From the sequence record SRR20825019_1681: 20,000 nt of DNA; one strand, 5' to 3'. The notes under the pieces are model-generated. The model was given only the letters and a program-made list of their open reading frames with translations, did no database searches and was not told where the DNA came from. Every line of letters starts with the position of its first letter. The stretch's first letter is position 1. This document shows, piece after piece, positions 1 to 7,963 of the stretch. The position numbers were made by a program, and so were the translations under genes.

Positions 1-1
1 C

Positions 2-1120
2 GTATTTATCGTTTGAAATTTGCGATAAAGAAACAGCTAAGTCACGATCACTAGTAGATCGTAAGTATTGTTGTTGGAACCATTTTGTTTTGTCTGGATC
101 AAATTTTGCTCCTGCTTTAGCAACTCGCTCTAGGGAGAATGTTTGAACCAAATCTTCAAGAGAAAAGATCTCTTGCGTAGTTCCAGGGTTCCACCCCAAG
201 AAAGCTAACATATTCACAAACGCCTGAGGGAAGTATCCTTTTTCTCTATATCCTGAGTAAACTTCACCGTCTTCAGATTGCCAGTTTGTTGGAAATACTG
301 GAAAGCCTAAACGATCTCCGTCTCTTTTTGAAAGTTTACCATTTCCGTCTGGTTTTAACAAAAGAGGTAAGTGTGCAAAAACGGGACAATCCCATCCGAA
401 AGCTTCGTACAACATTACATGAAGCGGGGCAGAGGGTAACCATTCTTCTCCACGAATAACATGGGAAATTTCCATCGTGTGGTCATCAACAATATTTGCA
501 AGGTGATAGGTTGGCATTCCGTCCGATTTGAAAAGAACTTTATCATCAAGATTGTTTGTGTTAACAACAACCCACCCTCTAATCACGTCTTCAAAACGAA
601 TGTCTCTGTTACGTGGCATTTTCATTCGAATTACATAAGGTTCTCCTTCTGAAATTCTTCTTTTAACTTCATCAGAAGGCAAAGTCAAAGAGTTTTTCAT
701 CGATACACGCGATACGCTGTTGTATTGCCAGTTGGGCATTCCCATTTGCTTGGCTTGGTCACGCATATTATCGAGATCTTCTGGAGTATCGAATGCAACA
801 TAAGCTTTGTCCTCAGCAACGAGTCTATCTGCATACGGACGATACATTTCTTTTCGCTCCGATTGCACGTAAGGTCCAAAGTCACCACCCAAACCTGGTC
901 CTTCTGTAGGATTGATTCCACACCAGTTCAGGGCATCCATAATGTAATCCTGTGCTCCTGGAACGAAGCGTGCTTGATCGGTATCTTCTATCCGTATAAG
1001 GAAGGTTCCGTTGTGTTTTTTAGCGAATAAATAGTTATAAAGTGCGGTGCGAACGCCTCCCATGTGAAGAGGTCCTGTTGGAGATGGTGCAAAGCGCACG
1101 CGTACGGGTTTATCAGACAT
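2..1120 (-). CDS. gltX: Glutamate--tRNA ligase, 3'-truncated by the window edge (absent from the ORF track)
   Basis: Manual translation from ATG at 1120: [51 protein letters not shown]. Contains HIGH-type motif [28 protein letters not shown] and KMSKS-type motif KLSKR; frame runs off position 1. Confidence 0.97.
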   Translation of the reverse strand, partial: MSDKPVRVRFAPSPTGPLHMGGVRTALYNYLFAKKHNGTFLIRIEDTDQARFVPGAQDYIMDALNWCGINPTEGPGLGGDFGPYVQSERKEMYRPYADRLVAEDKAYVAFDTPEDLDNMRDQAKQMGMPNWQYNSVSRVSMKNSLTLPSDEVKRRISEGEPYVIRMKMPRNRDIRFEDVIRGWVVVNTNNLDDKVLFKSDGMPTYHLANIVDDHTMEISHVIRGEEWLPSAPLHVMLYEAFGWDCPVFAHLPLLLKPDGNGKLSKRDGDRLGFPVFPTNWQSEDGEVYSGYREKGYFPQAFVNMLAFLGWNPGTTQEIFSLEDLVQTFSLERVAKAGAKFDPDKTKWFQQQYLRSTSDRDLAVSLSQISNDKY

Positions 1121-1138
1121 TGTGTTGAATTTTGGTTG

Positions 1139-1168
1139 CAAAGATAAGGAGAATGATGGAGAGGTCAA
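1139..1168 (-). promoter_or_regulatory. Bacteroidota primary-sigma promoter for gltX
   Basis: Minus strand reads TTG (1168-1166), 19-nt spacer, TATCTTTG (1146-1139), matching TTG-N19-TAnnTTTG; 18 nt upstream of the ATG. Confidence 0.75.
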
Positions 1169-1245
1169 CAATTGAGTTGAACGTCATGTAAATACGATTG
1201 TACTAGGTTTAACGTTTATTTAAGTATCGAGACGGGGATAAGTTG

Positions 1246-1253
1246 TATTTTAG
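1246..1253 (+). promoter_or_regulatory. Possible -7 element for the DUF4175-like operon
   Basis: TATTTTAG, one mismatch to TAnnTTTG, 18 nt upstream of ATG 1272. Confidence 0.4.
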
Positions 1254-1271
1254 TTTACAAATTCATTAATT

Positions 1272-4200
1272 ATGAGCGCATACGATCGATTAATTGGTCA
1301 AATTGACGGCTTTATTCGAAAGTTTTATAAGAATCAAATCATAAAGGGAATTCTTCTTTTTGTGGGAATCTTGATATTAACGTACTTAACTGTAGTAACG
1401 TTAGAGTACTTCGGAAGATTTAATTCGTGGTTGAGGGCTGCACTGCTTTTCAGTTTTTTGGGAGTGAACGGTTTTCTACTTGGAAAATATATCATCATAC
1501 CTTTTCTTAGATTGCGGTCTTTCGGAAAGCGGATCGATAGATATCAAGCATCTGAAATTATCGGAGGATTTTTCCCTGAGGTCTCTGATCGACTTCTAAA
1601 TACATTGCAATTACAGGATCAGTTAAATGAGAATTCAGCGGATTTTGAATTGTTGAGCGCGAGTGTTCAGCAAAGAAGTTCAAAGATGAGTGTAATGCCA
1701 TTTGTGGATGCGATCGATATTGGCGAGAATAAGAAGTATTTGCGTTGGGTACTACCATTAGTGGCTGCTCTGTTTGTTATTGGAGTTTTTGCACCGTCTT
1801 TTTTTAAACAAGGAACAGAGAGAGTTCTTAATTTTTCGGAAGAGTTTAAAATTCCTGCACCGTTTGAGTTTTCATTTTTGGCAAAAGGACGTTCTGTTGA
1901 AGAAGGTCAGAATTTTCCATTTCAAGTAGAACTTGTGGGAAATAATATTCCTGATAAAGTGTACGTAAAAACCGCTCAAGGGAGATCATTACTTAAACGT
2001 GAGGCTAAGAACAAGTTTAGCGGTGAATTGGTTCAAGTACGAGAAAAGACAAAGATTCAGTTCGAAGCAAGTGAGTTTACGAGCGATACGTATGGGATAG
2101 ATGTTATTTCTAAAACGGCTATTGGAAAGATGCAAGCGACGCTTATTTTCCCTAAGTATTTGGGGATGGAGAATGAGGTTATTGACAACGCTTCTGACTT
2201 AGTTTTACCTGAGGGAACGGCTGTTGAATGGAGTGTTTTAACGAAGAATAGTAATGGAGTTGAATTTTCTTTGGGTGATGCACGCAAGGAGTTTAAGTCT
2301 GACGGGTTTAAATACTCGAGTGTTGTTAAGAATGATATCGTTGGGTCGATTGTTCTAAAGAATAGTCAAACTGGAAAGAAAGATACGACTCGCTTCGAGA
2401 TAGATGTGATCAAAGATATTTACCCTTCAATCGTTGTTGAAGAGGAGAAGGATAGCTTAAAAGATGGAGTGCGTTTTTTCAATGGAGTGGTTGGAGATGA
2501 TCATGGCCTTTCAGGATTGAAGTTTGTTTATACCATTACAAGTAAATCTGGTGCTGCAAGAACGGAATCAATGAAGGTTGGTGGTGTGTCTGGAACAGAA
2601 TCACAGTTTGATTTTGCCGTTGATTTTAGACGTGAAAAGATTGCTTTGGATGATAAAGTTGAGTACTATTTTATCGTTTCGGATAATGACGGAGTGAATG
2701 GGGCTAAATCCACTAAAAGTAGATCGTTCGTATATAAACTTCCATCTCTGGAAGATTTGAATGATCGTCGTGAGGAGGATCAAGAAAAGGCAAAAGAGAA
2801 CCTAAATGCTGTGTTGAATAAGGTCGATCAGTTTAAAAAAGATTTGAAAAAACTGAAAAATGAAATCCGGGATTCAAAACAATCGAACTGGAGTAAAATG
2901 AATCAAGTGGAGCAGTTGAAAGAGGATCAACGTTCGATTATACAGGACTTGCAAAAGATGCAGCAACAGATGGATAATTCGTTGGAAGAGAAGAATCAAC
3001 TCTCTGAAATGGATAAAGAGTTGTTGGAAAAACAGGAAATGGTCAACGATTTACTCGAAGAGTTGATGGATGAGGAATTGAAAAATATGCTGGATGAACT
3101 TCAGAAGCTCATGGAAAAGAATGACCGTGAGAAGATGAAAGATGCAATGGACAAGATTGAAATGTCTGCTGAGGACATGAAAAGACAGTTGGATCGGAGT
3201 ATGGAAATGCTTAAGCGTCTTCAGGTGAATGAGAAAATCGATGATATTGAAGAGGAATTAAAGAAGTTATCTGAAGAGCAGGAGAAGTTGTCTGAGGATA
3301 ATAAGGACGGTGAAAAGGTGTCTGAACAGGACAAGAAGAAACAGGATGATTTGACTAAGAAGTTTGATGATTTAAAAGAGGATCTTCAAAAGTTGGATAG
3401 TCTTAATAATGAATTGAAGTCGCCAATGGATTTGGGTGATCCAGAGAAGAAGGGTGAAGATGTTTCGGAAGACCAAAAGGAAGCTAAGGATAAGTTGGAT
3501 GGTAATAAATCTAAGAAGGCAAGTGAGTCTCAAAAGTCGGCCGCTGAGAAAATGAAAGAGATGGCAGAGTCGCTAGACGCTATGCAACAGGAATCGAATC
3601 AAGAACAACAAGCAGAGGATATGGAAATGCTTCGAAATATCTTGGAAAGCTTAATGACGCTTAGTTTTGATCAGGAAGATGTAATGGGGAGGTTGGCTAA
3701 AGTTCAAGATGGTGATCCAGCGTATAAGAAGTATAGCCGTCAGCAAAGAAAGATAGTTGATGACACAAAAGGGGTGCGTGATAGTTTGTATGCGCTTGCA
3801 GAGAGACAACCAAAAATTGCCACATTCATTGATGCTGAATTGACAACGATTCAAGAGAATCATAGATTGGCGTTAACGGATTTGGACGAATTTCAAGAGG
3901 CGAATAGTAGACGTAATTTGGCGACGCATCAACAGTTTGTAATGACATCTTACAATAACCTTGCACTGATGTTGAACGAAAGTCTGGAGCAAATGCAACA
4001 ACAGATGCAAGCTATGATGAAAGGCTCAGGTAGTTGTGATAAACCTGGAGGAAAAGGTTCTGGTAAGCCCGGAAATTCACCGAGCGACAAGATGGGCACA
4101 GGCGATATGAAAGAGATGTTAAAGCAGCAATTGGAGCAAATGAAGAAGGGTTCTAATCCGGGAGGAAACAAGCCTGGAGAGAAACCTGGGATGGGGCAAG

Positions 4201-4643
4201 GAGAAGGTGGAATGGGAATGGGGAATAAAGAAATTGCAAAAATGGCGGCTCAACAGGCAGCAATGAGAAAGCGCTTGGAAGAGATGCGAAAGGAAATGAA
4301 TAAGGATGGTAATGGGATGGGGAATGGATTGAGTCCACTCATTAAAGAACTTGAAGAGCAGGAAAAGGATTTGGTAAATAAGCGATTTTCGAATAATTTA
4401 ATTCAGAGACAAAAGGACATTCTTACACGACTTTTAGAAAGTGAGAAGGCCATGATGGAAAGAGGTTGGGATGAGAAAAGGGAATCAAAAGAAGGAAAAA
4501 ATGAGAATTTAGGTAACCAAATACGGTTTGATCAGTATAACAAGGAAAAGTTAAAACAGATTGAATTATTACAAAGCGTAGATCCTTCATATAAGAAGTA
4601 TTATAAGGATAGAGCTAACGAGTATTTCAATCGTACGATGTAA
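1272..4643 (+). CDS. Large membrane-anchored coiled-coil protein (DUF4175-like, unknown function)
   Basis: 1123 aa. About 3 N-terminal hydrophobic helices, a beta-rich segment (~aa 195-490), a long E/K/Q/M-rich heptad region, and a G/K/P/M low-complexity linker near the C-terminus. Position between gltX and ybeY matches what I recall for Bacteroidota. Confidence 0.7.
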   Translation: MSAYDRLIGQIDGFIRKFYKNQIIKGILLFVGILILTYLTVVTLEYFGRFNSWLRAALLFSFLGVNGFLLGKYIIIPFLRLRSFGKRIDRYQASEIIGGFFPEVSDRLLNTLQLQDQLNENSADFELLSASVQQRSSKMSVMPFVDAIDIGENKKYLRWVLPLVAALFVIGVFAPSFFKQGTERVLNFSEEFKIPAPFEFSFLAKGRSVEEGQNFPFQVELVGNNIPDKVYVKTAQGRSLLKREAKNKFSGELVQVREKTKIQFEASEFTSDTYGIDVISKTAIGKMQATLIFPKYLGMENEVIDNASDLVLPEGTAVEWSVLTKNSNGVEFSLGDARKEFKSDGFKYSSVVKNDIVGSIVLKNSQTGKKDTTRFEIDVIKDIYPSIVVEEEKDSLKDGVRFFNGVVGDDHGLSGLKFVYTITSKSGAARTESMKVGGVSGTESQFDFAVDFRREKIALDDKVEYYFIVSDNDGVNGAKSTKSRSFVYKLPSLEDLNDRREEDQEKAKENLNAVLNKVDQFKKDLKKLKNEIRDSKQSNWSKMNQVEQLKEDQRSIIQDLQKMQQQMDNSLEEKNQLSEMDKELLEKQEMVNDLLEELMDEELKNMLDELQKLMEKNDREKMKDAMDKIEMSAEDMKRQLDRSMEMLKRLQVNEKIDDIEEELKKLSEEQEKLSEDNKDGEKVSEQDKKKQDDLTKKFDDLKEDLQKLDSLNNELKSPMDLGDPEKKGEDVSEDQKEAKDKLDGNKSKKASESQKSAAEKMKEMAESLDAMQQESNQEQQAEDMEMLRNILESLMTLSFDQEDVMGRLAKVQDGDPAYKKYSRQQRKIVDDTKGVRDSLYALAERQPKIATFIDAELTTIQENHRLALTDLDEFQEANSRRNLATHQQFVMTSYNNLALMLNESLEQMQQQMQAMMKGSGSCDKPGGKGSGKPGNSPSDKMGTGDMKEMLKQQLEQMKKGSNPGGNKPGEKPGMGQGEGGMGMGNKEIAKMAAQQAAMRKRLEEMRKEMNKDGNGMGNGLSPLIKELEEQEKDLVNKRFSNNLIQRQKDILTRLLESEKAMMERGWDEKRESKEGKNENLGNQIRFDQYNKEKLKQIELLQSVDPSYKKYYKDRANEYFNRTM

Positions 4644-4653
4644 CAAGTTGTAT

Positions 4654-5070
4654 ATGAAAGAAGGATTTGTACTGGTTGATAAATTGTCTATCCCATCTGA
4701 GTTTTCGGCAATTTCTAAGGTAGAGACACTAGTGGATAACGTGTGTGAGAAGTTAGAAGTTAAGGAAGATTATTACGGGAATGTGTTGATCGCAGTAACA
4801 GAGGCGGTGAATAATGCGATTCAGCACGGGAATAAGCATGATGCATCAGTGAATGTTGAGCTTCATGTAGGTGACAAGGAGATGGATTTTTGTTTCAAAG
4901 TAAAGGATCATGGAACTGGTTTTGATTACAAGAATTTGCCAGACCCAACATCGCCAGAGAATATAGAAAAGGAGAATGGTCGAGGAATCTATTTAATGAA
5001 GTCGCTTGCAGAAGCAGTAGAGTTTGAAGATAGCGGCCGAAGTGTAAATATTTATTTTTCAAAAAAATGA
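4654..5070 (+). CDS. RsbW-like anti-sigma factor / Ser-Thr kinase, stand-alone HATPase_c domain
   Basis: GHKL boxes: EAVNNAIQHGN (N), VKDHGTGFD (G1), ENGRGIYLM (G2). ATG 4654 preferred over TTG 4648. Stop overlaps the ybeY start (ATGA). Confidence 0.85.
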   Translation: MKEGFVLVDKLSIPSEFSAISKVETLVDNVCEKLEVKEDYYGNVLIAVTEAVNNAIQHGNKHDASVNVELHVGDKEMDFCFKVKDHGTGFDYKNLPDPTSPENIEKENGRGIYLMKSLAEAVEFEDSGRSVNIYFSKK

Positions 5071-5495
5071 TAGAAGTCTTTTTTGAAAGCACGGAAATTC
5101 TGGATGTGAGTCCGGAATTTTTTGTTTCATGGCTCTCTGTTTTGTGTGAAGCAGAGGAGAAGAGTTTGGGTGAATTAAGCATAGTGTTTTGTAGTGATGA
5201 TTACTTGTTAGAAATGAATAAGGAACACTTGCAACATGATTATTATACCGACATAATAACATTTGATTATACCGAGGAGAATGTTATTTCTGGTGATTTG
5301 TTTATTTCTGTAGACCGAGTTCGAGAGAATAGTAAGGAGTTTAATGAAATGTTTCACGTGGAACTTAATCGAGTTGTAGCTCATGGTGTTCTACATTTGA
5401 TGGGGTATGGTGATAAAACCGACTCTGAAATTGAGACCATGAGAAATAAGGAGTCAATTGCGTTAAGTTTGATTGTTTCACGTGAAACAAACTAG
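5067..5495 (+). CDS. ybeY: rRNA maturation endoribonuclease YbeY
   Basis: N..HLQHDYYTDIITFDY, GDLFISVD, and metal-binding motif HGVLHLMGYGD. Confidence 0.95.
   Translation: MIEVFFESTEILDVSPEFFVSWLSVLCEAEEKSLGELSIVFCSDDYLLEMNKEHLQHDYYTDIITFDYTEENVISGDLFISVDRVRENSKEFNEMFHVELNRVVAHGVLHLMGYGDKTDSEIETMRNKESIALSLIVSRETN
5350..5365. other. parS site (ParB-binding), inside ybeY
   Basis: TGTTTCACGTGGAACT, 14/16 to TGTTTCACGTGAAACA. Confidence 0.8.
5474..5489. other. parS site, perfect palindrome, in the last codons of ybeY
   Basis: TGTTTCACGTGAAACA, 16/16; palindrome extends to 18 bp (5473-5490). Confidence 0.95.
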
Positions 5496-5510
5496 TAATA
5501 AAAAGAGTGG

Positions 5511-5518
5511 TACTTTTG
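5511..5518 (+). promoter_or_regulatory. Putative -7 promoter element for mnmG, overlapping parS
   Basis: TACTTTTG = TAnnTTTG, 22 nt upstream of the mnmG ATG; no clear -33 TTG. Confidence 0.45.
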
Positions 5519-5532
5519 TTCCACGTGAAACA
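5517..5532. other. parS site in the ybeY-mnmG spacer
   Basis: TGTTCCACGTGAAACA, 15/16 to consensus. Confidence 0.92.
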
Positions 5533-5540
5533 AGTGAAGG

Positions 5541-7412
5541 ATGTTAAAAGAGTATGATGTAATTGTTGTTGGAGCAGGTCACGCAGGTTGCGAGGCTGCA
5601 AATGCTGCAGGGAAGTTGGGGAGTTCGGTGTTGTTGATTACGATGAACATGAATACGATTGCTCAAATGAGTTGCAACCCGGCAATGGGAGGTGTGGCAA
5701 AAGGACAAATAGTGCGAGAAATCGATGCGCTCGGAGGTGGTTCTGGGATTGTGAGCGATTTGAGTGCGATTCAGTTTCGAATGCTGAACTTATCGAAAGG
5801 GCCCGCAATGTGGTCTCCAAGAACTCAGAACGATAGAATGAAGTTTGCCGAAGAGTGGCGTTTGTTGCTAGAAAGAAATCTGAATGTGGACTTCTGGCAA
5901 GACATGTGCACAGGTCTTATCATTGAAGGGGATAAAGTGGTTGGTGTAAGAACGTCAATCGGAGTGGAGGTGAAAGGCAAGTCTGTTGTTCTCACAAATG
6001 GAACATTCTTGAATGGATTGATCCACCTCGGTGAGAAACAATTTGGAGGCGGTCGCGCAGGTGAAAGAGCAGCTACTGGAATTACTGAAGATTTATTGAA
6101 GCTTGGCTTTGAGTCAGGGAGAATGAAAACGGGAACTCCACCGAGAGTGGATGGGCGTTCTCTGGATTACTCTAAAATGGACGAACAGTTCGGAGATGAA
6201 AACCCATCAAAGTTTAGTTATTCAGATACTAAGCCATTATCAAAGCAGCGATCTTGTTTTATAACATATACCAATCCAGAAACACATGAACTGTTGAAGG
6301 AGGGGTTTGATCGTTCGCCGATGTTTAATGGCGCAATAAAAAGCAAGGGTCCGAGATATTGCCCGAGCATAGAGGACAAGATTAATCGATTCGCAGATCG
6401 AGATAGACACCAAATTTTTGTGGAACCAGAAGGTTGGAACACGGTGGAAATTTATGTGAATGGATTTAGTACATCTTTACCTGAGGAGGTTCAAGATCGA
6501 GCAATGAGAGCAATTCCTGGATTTGAGAATGTGAAAATGTTTAGACCTGGATACGCGATAGAATACGATTACTTTCCGCCAACCCAACTTAAACATACTT
6601 TAGAAACGAAGTTGATCCAAAACCTGTATTTCGCAGGACAAATAAATGGAACGACTGGTTATGAAGAAGCGGCATGTCAAGGTTTGATGGCTGGAATTAA
6701 CGCGCATCGTAAGGTTAAGGAGCAGGGAGACTTTATTCTAACACGAAGTGATGCGTACATCGGAGTGTTGATAGATGATCTAATTACAAAAGGAACGAAG
6801 GAGCCATACAGAATGTTTACCAGTCGTGCTGAGTATAGAATTCTGTTGAGACAAGATAATGCTGATTTAAGGTTAACTCCAATTGGTCATGCGATCGGAT
6901 TGGCAAGTGACGAGTCAATGAATCGCGTTGAGCGGAAGTTAAGCGGAACTGATGCACTTAAAAAATCACTTAGAAAAGAAGGTGTAACTCCCGAACGGGC
7001 AAACCCGATTCTGTTAAAAAGAGAAAGCGCGCCTATTTCACAACAGGTAAAGTTGAGTTCTCTTATTACACGACCAAATGTTACGATGCAGGATGTTCTT
7101 GAAATCGGAGACGAAAGTATGTCGTTGGCAAATGAGCTTTTGCTGAGTCATGTGGATATTTTAAGTCAAACGGAGATCCAACTGAAGTATGAAGGGTACA
7201 TAACACGTGAAGAAGACGTCGCGAAGAAGATGAATCGTTTAGAAGAGGTAAAAGTTCCGGAAGATTTGGATTACTATCAGCTAGCTAGTTTAAGTATGGA
7301 GGCAAAAGAAAAACTCTCTGCGCTTAAACCGGCAACTATTGGACAAGCATCTAGAGTTAGTGGTGTCTCGCCAAGTGATATTGCTGTATTACTTATCTTC
7401 TTAGGACGATAG
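5541..7412 (+). CDS. mnmG: tRNA U34 carboxymethylaminomethyl modification enzyme MnmG (GidA)
   Basis: VIVVGAGHAGCEAA FAD motif, MSCNPAMGG, KTGTPPR, GPRYCPSIEDK, AGQINGTTGYEEAA, EPYRMFTSRAEYR; 623 aa. Confidence 0.99.
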   Translation: MLKEYDVIVVGAGHAGCEAANAAGKLGSSVLLITMNMNTIAQMSCNPAMGGVAKGQIVREIDALGGGSGIVSDLSAIQFRMLNLSKGPAMWSPRTQNDRMKFAEEWRLLLERNLNVDFWQDMCTGLIIEGDKVVGVRTSIGVEVKGKSVVLTNGTFLNGLIHLGEKQFGGGRAGERAATGITEDLLKLGFESGRMKTGTPPRVDGRSLDYSKMDEQFGDENPSKFSYSDTKPLSKQRSCFITYTNPETHELLKEGFDRSPMFNGAIKSKGPRYCPSIEDKINRFADRDRHQIFVEPEGWNTVEIYVNGFSTSLPEEVQDRAMRAIPGFENVKMFRPGYAIEYDYFPPTQLKHTLETKLIQNLYFAGQINGTTGYEEAACQGLMAGINAHRKVKEQGDFILTRSDAYIGVLIDDLITKGTKEPYRMFTSRAEYRILLRQDNADLRLTPIGHAIGLASDESMNRVERKLSGTDALKKSLRKEGVTPERANPILLKRESAPISQQVKLSSLITRPNVTMQDVLEIGDESMSLANELLLSHVDILSQTEIQLKYEGYITREEDVAKKMNRLEEVKVPEDLDYYQLASLSMEAKEKLSALKPATIGQASRVSGVSPSDIAVLLIFLGR

Positions 7413-7439
7413 TCCATAAATACCAGCATAAAATTTTAG

Positions 7440-7472
7440 AATCCCTTCACTGAAAAGTGGCAGGGATTTTTT
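7440..7472 (+). terminator. Intrinsic terminator after mnmG
   Basis: AATCCCTTCACT-GAAA-AGTGG(C)AGGGATT followed by TTTT; GAAA tetraloop. Confidence 0.85.
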
Positions 7473-7963
7473 CATGTCTTTTATTTGGGTTGAAGCCCAG
7501 TATGAAATGCCATCTTCATTTTTCAATGGACGAACCTTTTCATTCAACTATCAGTATTGAGAATTTTTAATTCTGATCTTATTAAATGGTTTTAGGTTGC
7601 TCTTTTTATTTCTAGACGTACTTAGTTTATGGTGGAGCATTTAAAGTCTCGGGATGCTATTTTTCGGTTGGAATAAAATAGATGACGGATTGCTTTCAAA
7701 AACAGAATTGGGAATTCGTAGTCGGTTTATTGATTTTCGTCTCAGGAGAATTGGAAAATATGATTTTTTTCTGGTCGGATTCCTTTAAAACGACCATTTT
7801 CGAGTGTGAAATGCGTTTAGAAGCGATTTAAAGAGGTTTTGAGTGTTCAGACTGGAAAACACCTTGGGCGTGTTGAGATCGTTAAATCTTGAAGGTGTGA
7901 TTATTTGCTTGTTTTACAGTGTTTTAACTGTTTTTAGCTGAAAAAGGGGTAAAATTTGAGTTT

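Noticed and set aside
461..1030. Short ORFs 461-652, 697-921 and 725-1030
   Set aside because: Antisense or out-of-frame shadows of gltX, which the ORF track missed because it runs off the window.
4021..4330. G-rich quasi-repeats (GGAATGGG, AAACCTGG) in the large ORF
   Set aside because: Explained by Gly/Met/Lys/Pro low-complexity protein sequence; no regular repeat-spacer structure, so not CRISPR or VNTR.
4731..4739. DnaA-box-like AGTGGATAA
   Set aside because: Isolated, one mismatch, inside a coding sequence.
5382..5414. YbeY motif ends GYGD rather than GYDH (third His missing)
   Set aside because: To my knowledge Asp at this position is the usual Bacteroidota variant, not a sign of inactivation.
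7413..7963. Firm oriC call downstream of mnmG
   Set aside because: No canonical DnaA boxes seen and no evident skew switch by eye; kept only as an open question.
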